A DNA stretch of 64,000 bases from Takakia lepidozioides (lineage: Eukaryota > Plantae > Bryophyta): positions 40,982,001 to 41,046,000 of the forward strand of contig CM060731.1 in NCBI GenBank assembly GCA_030704615.1, given 5' to 3'. The position numbers were made by a program, and so were the translations under genes. The notes under the pieces were generated by a model. The model worked only from the letters and a program-made list of their open reading frames with translations, was not told where the DNA came from and ran no database searches. Of the stretch, positions 1 through 10,540 are shown piece by piece; the first letter of the stretch is position 1; each line of letters starts with the position of its first letter.

Positions 1-803
1 CGGAGATACCAACAGGCAGCAGTGTGGCTGTCCTGCTTTTGTTGGGAGCACTGAATTGGTGAACAGCGTGGGAGGGGGGGGGATTGCAAGATCTGAGTTG
101 GATCTGCCTCACCTGCACTTTTCTGAAACATTCTATCACGCCTCCTCCGGAATTACACAAACCACAACGTGTGCAGGAGCCTCTCAGACGAATAGAAATT
201 TGTTGCTCCGGCTGAACTGTTCATTTCCAAAGGACTTGCATTTGCTAATAAGCCAGCGACCTGGAACATCCTTGGATTAGTATCATGTTTCTAACCCTGT
301 ATAAGCTTCATTCAATCAATCTCGGTTATCTGCATGGCCTTCGTGAGGGTTCATATAGAGCAAGCATGTTGTATAAGCTAATTGTCAGACACGAGACAAA
401 ACAATAGAGAAGGGAACTTGGGGAATGAGAGAAAAGACAGAAGAGCGACGTAGAAATTGGAGATTCTACACAGTTCCACCTGTTCTGTGCGGATGTGTTC
501 ATCCAGCCAACAGGTTGACCACGGGGAGACTTTTATTGAATGCCGTGGTAGAACATGTGCAGTCGGATCCTGTCCTCCCTCAGGCCCAAACGATCCTGCC
601 TGCTGAAGAAACTTGTGGCGACATAACCTTCTGTGTAGGTCTCCCAGTGCCCAGGTGTTGCTGCTATAATATCGCTGGGTTCCGCGCTGAGCTTCGAGTC
701 TTCTCAAGGATAGAGAATCTGGGTGCTTTTTTCAGGAGATTTCAGAGTTGGGTTATTTTATCACACACATAGATTGGATTGGATTGGATCTAGAAGTAGA
801 AGC

Positions 804-1568
804 ATGGCGAGTGTGTTGAATCTTCAGGGAAAGACAGCCATCGTGACAGGAGGCTCGCAGGGTATAGGCAGGGAGATAAGCATCACTCTTGCAAGGCAAG
901 GGGCATCTGTGGTAGTAAACTATGCCAGTAACGTAGACAAGGCAAACGAAACTGTTTCTCAAATTGAGAAGGCATCTGGAAAAGTCATCGCTGTGCAGGG
1001 CGATGTAAGCAGCGAGAGTGCTGTCAAGGGTCTCTTTGACAAGGCGGAGGAGGCTTTTGGGCCTGTGCACATAGTGATAAATTGTGGAGGAATGCTCTTG
1101 CCACACGTTCCGTCGGTGGAAAAGACGACCGAGGAGGAATGGGATAGGATCTACAGTGTGAACACCAAGGGCGCCTTTCTTGTTTCGAGGGAAGCGGCAA
1201 TTCGCATCCCACCAGGAGGAGGAGGCCGCATTGTCAACATTTCTACTATTCTAGTCTCCACATTGCTGCCCAACATGGCAGCTTATACCTCCAGCAAGGC
1301 AGCAGTGGAAACTTTCACTAAAATCTTAGCAAAGGAACTCAAAGGGAGCAGAATCACGGCCAATTCCGTGGCCCCGGGTCCTGTAGCCACAGAACTTTTC
1401 TATAGTTCGGTGACTGACACGATGGTAGAGTCCGTGATTGAGAGTACTCCACTGCAACGTCTGGGGCAACCGAGAGATATAGCAAATGTTGTCCTGTTTT
1501 TGGTTAGTGACGAGGGAGAGTGGGTGAATGGCCAAGTGATCCGCGCCGGTGGTGGTCTAGCTTCCTAA
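804..1568 (+). CDS. Short-chain dehydrogenase/reductase (classical SDR, plant NADPH-dependent aldehyde reductase-like family), intronless, 254 aa, copy 1
   Basis: ATG at 804 (MASVLNLQGKTAIVTGGSQGIG); TGxxxGxG Rossmann motif, VVVNYASN, catalytic YTSSK, VAPGPVAT, C-terminal W.NGQVIRA.GG. Same length as the paralog at 5539. Confidence 0.95.
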   Translation: MASVLNLQGKTAIVTGGSQGIGREISITLARQGASVVVNYASNVDKANETVSQIEKASGKVIAVQGDVSSESAVKGLFDKAEEAFGPVHIVINCGGMLLPHVPSVEKTTEEEWDRIYSVNTKGAFLVSREAAIRIPPGGGGRIVNISTILVSTLLPNMAAYTSSKAAVETFTKILAKELKGSRITANSVAPGPVATELFYSSVTDTMVESVIESTPLQRLGQPRDIANVVLFLVSDEGEWVNGQVIRAGGGLAS

Positions 1569-2314
1569 AATGTGACACCAAGCGCATTTGCGTTGCGTAG
1601 AGAAGATGGTACAGCAACTAAGTTGCTTCTTCTCTAGATGCTAGATGCTGTGTAGATGTACTGCTTCAAATCTGAGTGTTGTTGAATAGGACAACAATTG
1701 CACAGTTGGGTGGTTTCCCCAGCTAAGCATGTCCGACAAGTCTTCAATCAAGTGATCACCTCCTTACTGTGCCACTGCCAGCCTGATTGGAGGCAAGAAA
1801 TTCTCCGCAAATGCACTCGATGTTGCCCTGATTGTGTACATTATAACGTTTACGAATCTGATCAGTAAATTATGCTACAGAGCTCCCAAGTGACTATCTG
1901 CCTGAAATTCGTTTGTGATCACACAAGTCTTTGCAAAGCTATGAAATTGTACAGGATTCATCTCTCATAAATCGGGGAAGTGAAGTGAGTTGGAGCTTAG
2001 TATCATGTGTGAAGAAAACATCAAATTGTCACATGTGCCCATGCTAAGTTTACCAACCTCCTGATTATCATTGGTGGTACCATACGGGGCTTCACAAACA
2101 AAACACACTAACATGGATATGTAAGGCAGAGCTGAAGAGTAGCACTTGCATGTACCCATTAACACTTTTACTCGGTCTTTCAGTGAGCACCCTGAAATAT
2201 CTCGATCACTCTACCTTAGAGCTCCGATCGTAATGGACAGTGTTGTTGACGAGGGAAATAAACTTGTACATTTCTGGGAGAGGCGAGTTTGAAATTGCCA
2301 CTGAAGCGAGTTTG

Positions 2315-2335
2315 AAACCCTACATTAAACCCTAA
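2315..2335 (+). promoter_or_regulatory. Two telo-boxes (AAACCCTA) upstream of a putative snoRNA host transcript
   Basis: AAACCCTA at 2315-2322 and AAACCCTAA at 2327-2335, followed by a short GC-rich exon-like stretch and donor AAG|GTACGT at 2449/2450. Telo-boxes are typical of plant ribosome-biogenesis and snoRNA promoters. Confidence 0.6.
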
Positions 2336-2598
2336 ATTGTTGCCGTTTTGTGTGCTGGCCAGCCGCCGCCCTGGCGGCCCCGATCAACCGCGATGTGGTG
2401 AAGAAGCGCATTTAAGCACACACATCTCAATCGGAGAACATCTGTGAAGGTACGTGTGTTTGTTTCTAGCCCATCCTTGTTTGCAAGAGTCTGATATTCG
2501 AAAGGATGTGTTGCAGTTTTCGTAAAGCACTTGCATAACCAAGGATCTGAGGTGAGAAGCATCTGCTCTTTTGCGTGAAAGCTCTGTGAGTGTTGAAA

Positions 2599-2762
2599 CA
2601 TTGTGAAAACGTGTGATTTGTCGCTTTCCTCCCCCGGGGTTTCATCTAGCATTAAGTGTGTCTTGGTTCGGTTCACAATGTAATATCAGTAAGGGTTTGA
2701 TCATGTAGACGAAGTTCCGCAGCTACCCTAGATCTGTCAGATTTGGATCATTTTCCACAATG
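2599..2762 (+). ncRNA. Candidate box H/ACA snoRNA
   Basis: Perfect 9-bp stem CATTGTGAA...TTCACAATG, H box ATATCA, second hairpin TGATC...GATCA, ACA+3 nt at ~2757. No target assigned. Confidence 0.35.
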
Positions 2763-3684
2763 CTTCTATGTTCTGTTCTCACTGGCAGCGTAATAGATAT
2801 AGCGCAATGTTGCCCATTTCAGATACTGTCTTTTAGGTTTCAAAATAATGTACTGTAGCTTTGTCGCAGATGCTTACTTGGCCCGCTAGGCTTATTAGTG
2901 ATGTGCGTTTACTGGGAAATCTGGAGACGTTTCATTTGGTAGTTTGCTTCAACTAGCCACAACCCTGAGAAGTCAAATTGGCAAGTTGTCTGGTTATACT
3001 AACGAGTGCTTCTATGCAGACCAATAACTGGAGAAGGCCAAAGGGTTATGTCGACTCTCTCGTTCGCAGAAGCATTGGAGACAAGGCATGTGCAGGCAAG
3101 CGGCTTTATTGAGATTTAGTGCACAACTTGGCAGACTGCGAGCTCCTACTGTTAGTGCAACAGGTTAGCTCGCTACCTGTCTTCCGAGTAGCTGATTTTT
3201 GTCTTACCTTGCAGAACAGCTTGAAGTTTTCTGACATTGCCAGACGAACACTAGCTTTGGGTAAAACCGTCATCTTGTAATGCAGTGGGAAAAATATCAG
3301 ATGTAAGAGAGAGGTAGACGGTAAACTGATGGACATCAAATGACTCGCCCTGCCTATACAAACTGTGTAGGAAGCATGGGATCCATCCTTTGGGAATCCT
3401 GTATATCTCTCTTTTTCCTCTGATATTTTGTCTTCAACGGTAACCATAATTTACATTTATGTTACTTGCAGCGACTCTGTATGTGGTTGCTGTTCCTTCG
3501 TGTGTTTAGCTCCTATGGTGGAAAGACTAAGACTGGCCTGTAGAAGGGAAGGGAGAAGGCTTCAAAGAGTGCAGGGACATCATATGTAGCACTTGTTCTT
3601 GGGCTTTACATGTGTGTGGCTCATGTGGATCAGGCACCACAGACACAGTAAAACAAAACAAATAGGTAGTATTTTGTAGGTAAA

Positions 3685-3765
3685 TGCAAATGATGTGAAA
3701 AAGAATAGGGACATCTTATCTCCTACGAGGGATGATGACATATTCTTGGGAATCTCTCTGATGCA
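3685..3765 (+). ncRNA. Box C/D snoRNA, dual guide (snoR44/J54-like; SNORD74/snR64 plus SNORD79 equivalents), copy 1
   Basis: TGCA terminal stem; box C ATGATGT (3690); guide ATAGGGACA-T then D' CTTA; C' ATGATGA; guide TGGGAATCTC-T then D CTGA (3758). Both guides are complementary to the conserved LSU rRNA stretch AACGAGAUUCCCACUGUCCCURUC. The D+5 rule lands on the A and C recalled as methylated (human A3809 and C3820). Confidence 0.85.
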
Positions 3766-3990
3766 ATCATGCTGTCCAGCATGCTGGATGTGGTTACTGT
3801 TCCTTGGTGTGTTAGCTCCTATGGTGGAAAGACTAAGTTTGGCATGTAGAAGGGAAGGGAGAAGGCTTCAAAGAGTGCAGGGACATCATATGTAGCACTT
3901 GTTCTTGGGCTTTACATGTGTGTGGCTCATGTGGATCAGGCACCACAGACACAGTAAAACAAAACAAATAGGTAGTATTTTGTAGGTAAA

Positions 3991-4071
3991 TGCAAATGAT
4001 GTGAAAAAGAATAGGGACATCTTATCTCCTACGAGGGATGATGACATATTCTTGGGAATCTCTCTGATGCA
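3991..4071 (+). ncRNA. Box C/D snoRNA (snoR44-like), copy 2
   Basis: Identical boxes and guides to 3685-3765. Confidence 0.85.
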
Positions 4072-4296
4072 ATCATGCTGTCCAGCATGCTGGATGTGGT
4101 TACTGTTCCTTGGTGTGTTAGCTCCTATGGTGGAAAGACTAAGACTGGCATGTAGAAGGGAAGGGAGAAGGCTTCAAAGAGTGCAGGGACATCATATGTA
4201 GCACTTGTTCTTGGGCTTTACATGTGTGTGGCTCATGTGGATCAGGCACCACAGACAAAGTAAAACAAAACAAATAGGTAGTATTTTGTAGGTAAA

Positions 4297-4375
4297 TGCA
4301 AATGATGTGAAAAAGAATAGGGACATCTTATCTCCTATGAGGGATGATGACATTCTTGGGAATCTCTCTGATGCA
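4297..4375 (+). ncRNA. Box C/D snoRNA (snoR44-like), copy 3
   Basis: Same boxes and guides; a 2-nt deletion and one substitution fall outside the guides. Confidence 0.85.
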
Positions 4376-4531
4376 ACCATGCTGTCCAGCATACTGTCCG
4401 CCATGCTAGTCTTTGGTGGAAATGTGATGTCATGCATATTTATAGGGTGCCACCAGCTTGTGGTCTCTAGGCTTACCTGATACTGCTATAGTTGTTTGCT
4501 GTCTATTGGAGTTTGATAGTCTTGGGGTGCT

Positions 4532-4654
4532 TCAATCGACTGTTCTGGAGTAATGAGGCATATTAAGGCAATCTGCTGTTGTTTGACATATCAGGAGTAA
4601 CTCGTTGGAAATCGCCTATTGAGCCTAACAGTACTAACTGACATTGCTCACAAA
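4532..4654 (+). ncRNA. Candidate box H/ACA snoRNA
   Basis: Hairpin TCAATCGAC...GTTGTTTGA, H box ATATCA (~4588), second hairpin GAGTAA...TTGCTC immediately followed by ACA+3 nt. No target assigned. Confidence 0.35.
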
Positions 4655-5538
4655 TGTGTCAACACTAAAGAGGGAATCTAATGTGGACCCCGCCTTGCAG
4701 TTGAGTGTGGCTGTCACCAATGGTAGCTCTTGACTCTGGAGCCAGAAGACAAGTAGTTGTGGGAGCAAAGTTACTGTAATTAGTCTGATAGTATTTTTTG
4801 TGCCTAACAGTGGGGCCAGCAGAGACTGCAGTTTTCAACAACTAAGTGCTGTATAATAATAGCCTTCCCATCCAATCAAGTCCTCCATTTCTACTGTCTA
4901 CCTTCTACCATGGTGATTTCACATCCAAGTTATGTTGCCGCATGCTGTCCAACATGTCTCCTTAGTTCAGGTAACGGCGAGCCAGGCTCAATTGCATAAC
5001 TATCTCATCTGTGCATGCAACTGAGGAAAGTTTGTATAACCCAGTCTGCCATGGAGAAGCTGCATGAAACTGTGGAGGAATATTTGGAGAAAATGGGACT
5101 AATGGTCAGGAAACTGGCGGATGTGCATTATGATTTACAAAACACTTGGCCTGAGGCCGGAGATACAAAGCAGTATGTTGTAGCACATGAAAACGAAGAA
5201 GAGAGGTTTTGCATGGGGTGGTCTATAAACCATTGGATTGTGGTCGTCAGGGTACTTCTTCTGAAGAGCAGTGACAGAAGCTTGCTCGAATCCCACTCCC
5301 CACAGAGGCCATGTGGATTCATCCATGCATGCATCTGCCATGGTGCAGGAAGGAGGAATATACGAGTCCACAAATGAAACTTCCGTGGAGGTTTCCTAAG
5401 GAGGAGGCCGTACGGTGCTACTATGTGAGTCGTGTCAAGAAGATCTTTTGAACGCATTTTCTCGGAGATTTTGAGGTGGGCTCGGTGAGATCAGAGATCG
5501 GACATAGACGTAAGTAGAGGTTGGGATCCACGAGGAGC

Positions 5539-6303
5539 ATGGCGAGTGTGTTGAATCTGCAGGGTAAGACAGCCATCGTGACGGGGGGCTCGCAGGGCAT
5601 CGGCAGGGAGATAAGCCTTACTCTTGCAAGGCAAGGGGCGTCTGTGGTGGTGAACTATGCCAGCAACGAAGCCAAAGCGAATGAGGTTGTGTCTGAGATT
5701 GAGAAAATACATGGTAAAGCCATCGCTGTGCGTGGCGATGTGAGCAGCGAGAGTGATGTTAAAGCTGTCTTTGACAAGGGCGAGAAGGCTTTTGGGGCTG
5801 TGCACATAGTGGTGAATTGTGCAGGAATCATATTATCGAGCTATGCTCCGGTGGTGAAGACTACGGAAGAGGAATGGGACAGGGTGTATGCTGTGAACAC
5901 CAAGGGGGCCTTTCTCGTTTCGAGGGAAGCGGCAATTCGCATCCCTCATGGCGGAGGTGGCCGCATCGTCAATATAACTACCACGGTCGTCTCCACATTA
6001 CTTCCAGGGTATGCAGCTTATGCTTCCAGCAAGGCAGCGGTGGAAACTTTCACCAAAATTTTAGCCAAGGAACTCAAGGGGACGAGAATCACGGCCAATT
6101 CTGTGGCCCCAGGTCCAGTAGCCACAGAGCTTTTCTTCAGAGGGAAGAGTGAGGCGGTGATAGAGTCGATGTCTAAAGCTCCCCCACTTGAACGTCTAGG
6201 GGAACCGAAAGACATAGCGAATATTGTCCTGTTCGTGGTGAGTGATGAGGGAGAGTGGTTGAATGGCCAGGTGATCCGTGCCAATGGTGGTTTGGCTTCT
6301 TGA
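5539..6303 (+). CDS. Short-chain dehydrogenase/reductase, intronless, 254 aa, copy 2
   Basis: TGGSQGIG, NCAG, YASSK, VAPGPVAT, FFRGKS...PLERLGEPKD, NGQVIRANGG; colinear paralog of 804-1568. Confidence 0.95.
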   Translation: MASVLNLQGKTAIVTGGSQGIGREISLTLARQGASVVVNYASNEAKANEVVSEIEKIHGKAIAVRGDVSSESDVKAVFDKGEKAFGAVHIVVNCAGIILSSYAPVVKTTEEEWDRVYAVNTKGAFLVSREAAIRIPHGGGGRIVNITTTVVSTLLPGYAAYASSKAAVETFTKILAKELKGTRITANSVAPGPVATELFFRGKSEAVIESMSKAPPLERLGEPKDIANIVLFVVSDEGEWLNGQVIRANGGLAS

Positions 6304-7242
6304 AGATCTCAATGTGATCTGTGTTCAGATTCCTCGTCGAAGTTCTGGTGTTGAGAATCACCTAGTCTAGCTGGGGAGGATGATAGCAAAGCTATACGTT
6401 ATTTTCAGATACACGGTTATTTCTGCTGACATTTTGTTTCTCCTTAAACTTTCTTTAAGCTTGTGGGATCTTTGGATTCGAAAGCTCTCGCAGACAAAGC
6501 TTTTCAAAATTGAGTCTAGTTAAAGCTGTCAGAGAAAAAGGCGACCTAGAGTTTTGGTGACTGGTCATTGTACAGGTGGGTAGTTTTTCCCAGCTAAGCA
6601 GGTCTAATATCACGGTTACATCTTAGAGTTGGTGCCATGATCTGCTTACGGCTGCCAAGGACAGTTCCGGTGTTTCAATCATGGATTCAACGGTTTAAAA
6701 TCTGGGTGTAATCCTACGGGGCCCTTAAAAAGGCAGCCTGAATGTCCTTTGATGATCATGAAAGTCTATATCAATCTCTGAGTCTGTACAAACTCGATCT
6801 CATTAGACATGATGTTCACTGAAGTCAGTTGAAGTTGTTTTCTTGGCCTAAAGTCAAGTCTCCTGGTGCAACAAGTCAAACCACGGCTTCTTATTAGAAC
6901 AGAAGACTGAAACAATTGAGTGAACAGGCTTCTGCAAGCAAAGATGATGTTCTTGAGACTCGCTTTTGCAATCAACAATCACAGGTGGAGAAGTGAAAGC
7001 AATTTACACATCAAGCCCACCTGCGAATGATCATATTAGACTTTACCATCGACATTGCTCCGAGAATGGAAGAGATAGGTCATCCACCTCGACTCAAGGC
7101 AAAGAGATTGAGAGATTGTGCTCATGTTTGCCTCCTTGTGTCAAGTTTGGGCAGAACAAGAGGGAGCAGACAGTACCTTTGTGAGTGTTCAATCCAGTAG
7201 TGGGACTTACCTTGGTATGCAGAGAATGTGTGTAAGAAAGAG

Positions 7243-7248
<6 letters not shown>

Positions 7249-7275
<27 letters not shown>
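7249..7275 (+). repeat. (GA)n microsatellite
   Basis: Run of AG dinucleotides. Confidence 0.9.
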
Positions 7276-7714
7276 GTGGCATGCCAGCAGGAAACCTGTC
7301 CCAAATACTCCAGGAGGGTTGAGGTGGAGGCTCCTGACCCCAAAATGAAGACTAGAAGTCTTAAGATTCAAGAACCATGAGTGTACGTGCAGAGCTTGGG
7401 GTGGGTAATACGTCCGCTCAGTGGAGGTTTGCCTCTATCGCTGGTCTTGAGCCAGGGCAACGTGCTCGAGGTGCATGGCGGTCTTCCTTGCTAAATTGTC
7501 CATGACTAGAACATCAGGGCGTCTAGTTCATTGAAGCGATATCCATTACTCTTCCCTTCTTGCTGGCGAGGCTTTTGCTGGGGTGCGCGAAGTTTTTGTA
7601 AGTTCTCATAAGCACCTGCGGCGGCGTTTCTTGGAGCGTCCGGCCATAGCTGTTTTCGGCCAGTGAGAAGGAATCTGAGTACAGATCCACTTGAGATCTT
7701 CCGGAAGCCAAACC

Positions 7715-8125
7715 GTCATCCGTGCATGTGCATGCTGGTTTGGCTTCATGAACATTTCAATTCGATCTGTACTCGCAATCCTTATCGAAGTTTTGGTGTC
7801 GAGAATCATCAAGTCTGGCTACATAGGGAAGATGACCCCAAAGAAGCTTCCAGATGCTACCTAGATACACGTTTAGGGAGAAACGTGTTGCTCTTTCTCA
7901 TGAAACATTCTTTATCTTGTGGGATCTTTGCATATCAAAAGCTATGGCAGACAAAGCTTTTTCAAGATCGAGTGTAATTGAAGCTGCTAGAGAAAAAAAG
8001 CGGGCTAGAGTTTTGGTCAATGCACGGGTGGGTGGTTTTCATGGATTCAAGGCAATCTGGCAATCCTCCGGGGCCCTTAATGAGTCAGCCTAAGTCTTTG
8101 TGATTCTGTAAAAACTCCATCCTAT
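7715..8125 (+). pseudogene. Remnant of a third SDR copy (last codons plus 3' flank)
   Basis: GTCATCCGTGCA...TGGTTTGGCTTCATGA and the following ~400 bp align colinearly with 6271-6770 (shared blocks CTTGTGGGATCTTTG, GCAGACAAAGCTTTT, CTAGAGTTTTGGT, GGGGCCCTTAA). Confidence 0.8.
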
Positions 8126-8544
8126 ATGTTTCTTAACAGCATCTAATGTTGTGACATAGGTTGAGCGTCCACCGAAGCAGGGTCCCACAAGATCCCCAGC
8201 AAAGCTTCAAACAATCCCGAAGTTTTGCGCAAAGATGCCTTTGCATGATGAAAAGCAAGAAGTGATTCTCGGCATTCTTCGAGAGTCGAAAGAGCCAATT
8301 TTGATGTTGAAGGAGTCTGAGAATCACTTCTTGCTTTTCAGTTCTTCTTCCTGGAAGCAACATCTGTTGTTACATCCTTTGATTCTTTAGATAGCTGTTT
8401 TCCTCATCTCAGTAACCTAGTGCTCTCAGCTCTCCTGCTTTTCCCCCTCTTCTCTTAGGTTTCTTTCTCTTAGGTTTCTGGCTCTGAGTTGGTATCTCTG
8501 TTTTTCTGCCTCATGGCTCACTGTAAGAATATTTTTTCCTTAAC

Positions 8545-8760
8545 TTTTTTTTTTTTTTTTTTTCAAAGGGCACAAATCAGACCCCTTAATAGGGAGAGGA
8601 GAAAATAACCTCTTTCACAGTAACCCGCCATGAGGCGTAGGAACGGGGAACCACCCAGGAACCATACCACACCCGTCAGTAGCTAGATTTGACCCCAGAA
8701 TCGTCTGGGTGGCACTCAGTGCACTTAACACTTAACCAACTGGGCTACTGACTGTTGGTC
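8545..8760 (-). mobile_element. tRNA-derived SINE with poly(A) tail
   Basis: On the minus strand: A-box TAGCCCAGTTGG, B-box-like GGGTCAAATC, acceptor-stem-like GTCAGTAGC/GCTACTGAC, ~120-nt unrelated body, 19-nt A tail (T run 8545-8563). No clear TSD. Confidence 0.8.
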
Positions 8761-8883
8761 TTTTTCTTTTCTTTCTTTTTTAATTATATACAGTAAGTCT
8801 TCCAGGGATACAATCCCCCTGTTCTGTATGTAATGTTTTTTTTTTATTAAAGATTGAAGTGGTCGGCAGGATACTGGGCCCTG

Positions 8884-8930
8884 GGCACGCGTCGGCTATC
8901 TAGCACCAGCACGGAGATGCTCGCCACGTC
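8884..8930 (-). promoter_or_regulatory. ABRE plus CE3-like coupling element upstream of the LEA-like gene
   Basis: GCCACGTC at 8923-8930 (reverse GACGTGGC, canonical ABRE core) and CACGCGT at 8886-8892 (reverse ACGCGTG, CE3-like), ~200-240 bp before the ATG at 9128. Confidence 0.6.
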
Positions 8931-9127
8931 GCTAGTGCCCGCCTGTCCCGCTGCACGCTAAAGCTCTGCGGTGCTGCCCCTTTCTTCATCGCCTCGTTTC
9001 CTTTCGCTGATCAACCGTCTCTCATCTTCAAGTCTGTTGTACAAATCTCTGGTACACCCACACTAGGCCTTCTTTGCGCACAAGCTTGCCGTTGTTGGGA
9101 TTTTGAGAGCAACCCACCTCGCACAAA

Positions 9128-10540
9128 ATGGCCGAAAATTTCCAAGATGCGTCATCCGAGACACTCGAGGAGGCCGGTGACACTGTGCAGGTGACATTCT
9201 TCTACAGTTCTGTCCTAGTTTATGGATTTTCTGTATGCTAGCTGGAAAATGGTGTCAGATCTGTAGCGTTATTGAGTTTAGTACACTCAATGCATTGTCG
9301 AAGGGCCTAAAGTTTGGGGCGGGTCGTTTGCGTGCAGCACAGGATTGAAGTCTGTATGGGTAGAAGAATGAATCTATGGATTGTAGAGGTAAATCTAACA
9401 TGGGGTCCTGTGAGATGCAGCCTGTCAACGAGCAGCTCGGCCAATTGAAGCTTGGGGGCCAGGACAATGTGAAAACCGCAGCCGATAGGTCTAACCAGGC
9501 TTTGGAGTCTTCCGGAGATGGAACCCGGAGCAGGTATTTTCTTAGCGATCTGTCCATCGTGAACTGATGGCCTTGTTCCCACACTGGACTCTGCAATTCC
9601 TGTGCTGAGCTTACCAACGTATTTGGCAATGGGTTGGGTTTGCAGAGCGAGTTTTTGCTGTGGTGCCGTAGAGCAGAGTCAATGTAGGCAGAGGGGTATA
9701 GGGAAGAGATGAGGGATTTGATGTTCACTCAGCTTACAATTTCTGGCTTGCAGCATACACGAGGCACAAGGTGCTGCACTGCCAGCGGAAGACCAAGTCT
9801 CACAGAAGCTGAGCTTGGCGAAGGAGAAAGCCGGGGCCGGCATTCACGAGTTGAAGGCTGCTGCCCATCAGCGTGCTCATGACCGTGTGGAAGGCCGTGC
9901 CCAGGAGGGCAAAGGAGCTCTGGAGCAAGGCTTGGCGACTGTGCAAGATGCACTGACGCAAGGGGCTACTGCTGTTTCAGAACGACTAGCACAGGCAAAA
10001 GACTCGGCCACCGACAACACTGGTGAAGGAAACTACACTGTAAAAACAGTAGACCACCAAACGGGGGCCGAGACACATGACAAGCCAGGGGTGGTGCGTG
10101 ATGTCCCTACTGACGTTGCGCATGAAAACGCAGACCAAAAGCCAACCACCCTGCTCCAGTCTTTTACTGGTGTCATCTCCCAAACCGCCTTGTCTGTCAA
10201 AGAGGCTTTGGTTGGCAAGTCTACACCGAAATCGGATCATAGTGCAGTAGCTCAAGAAGGGTCGACAGACGTGATTCAGTCCGTCGGCGATAGCCTTACG
10301 CAGTCTGCAGTGTTGGCCAAGGACGCCTTCAAGGAGCAGGTGGGTCAATTGACAGGCAGCTCAACTGACTCTACTTCTACGTCAAGGCCTCAGCAAGGGG
10401 AAGGCGTTCTGAACAAAGTGGCTGGCACCATTTCGCAGTCTGTACAGTATGTGAAGAGTTCCTTGGTGCCCAGTTCAGCAGCCCCTGCCAATAACCCCAA
10501 TCCAGGATTACCTTCTGACGTGCCTCGCAGAGCTGAATGA
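9128..10540 (+). CDS. Hydrophilic LEA-like protein, ~320 aa, 3 exons (9128-9190, 9421-9533, 9754-10540)
   Basis: GT-AG introns with matching phases (0 and 2) join MAENFQDASSET..., PVNEQLGQLK... and the 9815 ORF in frame. The protein is Ala/Gln/Thr/Ser-rich, lacks Cys and Trp, and has repeated amphipathic motifs (V..TISQSA..VKE.L). The gene model is solid; the LEA label is inference. Confidence 0.8.

Larger units (their letters stand above)
3481..4392 (+). repeat. 306-bp tandem repeat, 3 near-identical copies, each containing a C/D snoRNA
   Basis: Units start near 3481, 3788 and 4094; the ORF-track peptides at 3695 and 4001 are near-identical and 306 nt apart. Confidence 0.97.

Noticed and set aside
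2315-2335. Telomerase RNA template or interstitial telomere
   Set aside because: Only two non-contiguous units, and no snRNA-type USE promoter recognised; telo-boxes explain it better.
3436-3458. U17/snR30 homologue (AACCAT shortly before ACA)
   Set aside because: The m1 motif AUAUUCCUA is absent and the spacing to ACA is off.
3695-4201. Duplicated 66-aa ORFs
   Set aside because: They start at GTG and overlap the snoRNA boxes; by-products of the 306-bp repeat.
804-6303. Recent bacterial horizontal transfer of the intronless SDRs
   Set aside because: They match a widespread plant SDR family; lack of introns alone is not evidence.
8670-8760. Functional tRNA gene
   Set aside because: Degenerate B-box and anticodon arm, plus an attached body and poly(A) tail, indicate a SINE.
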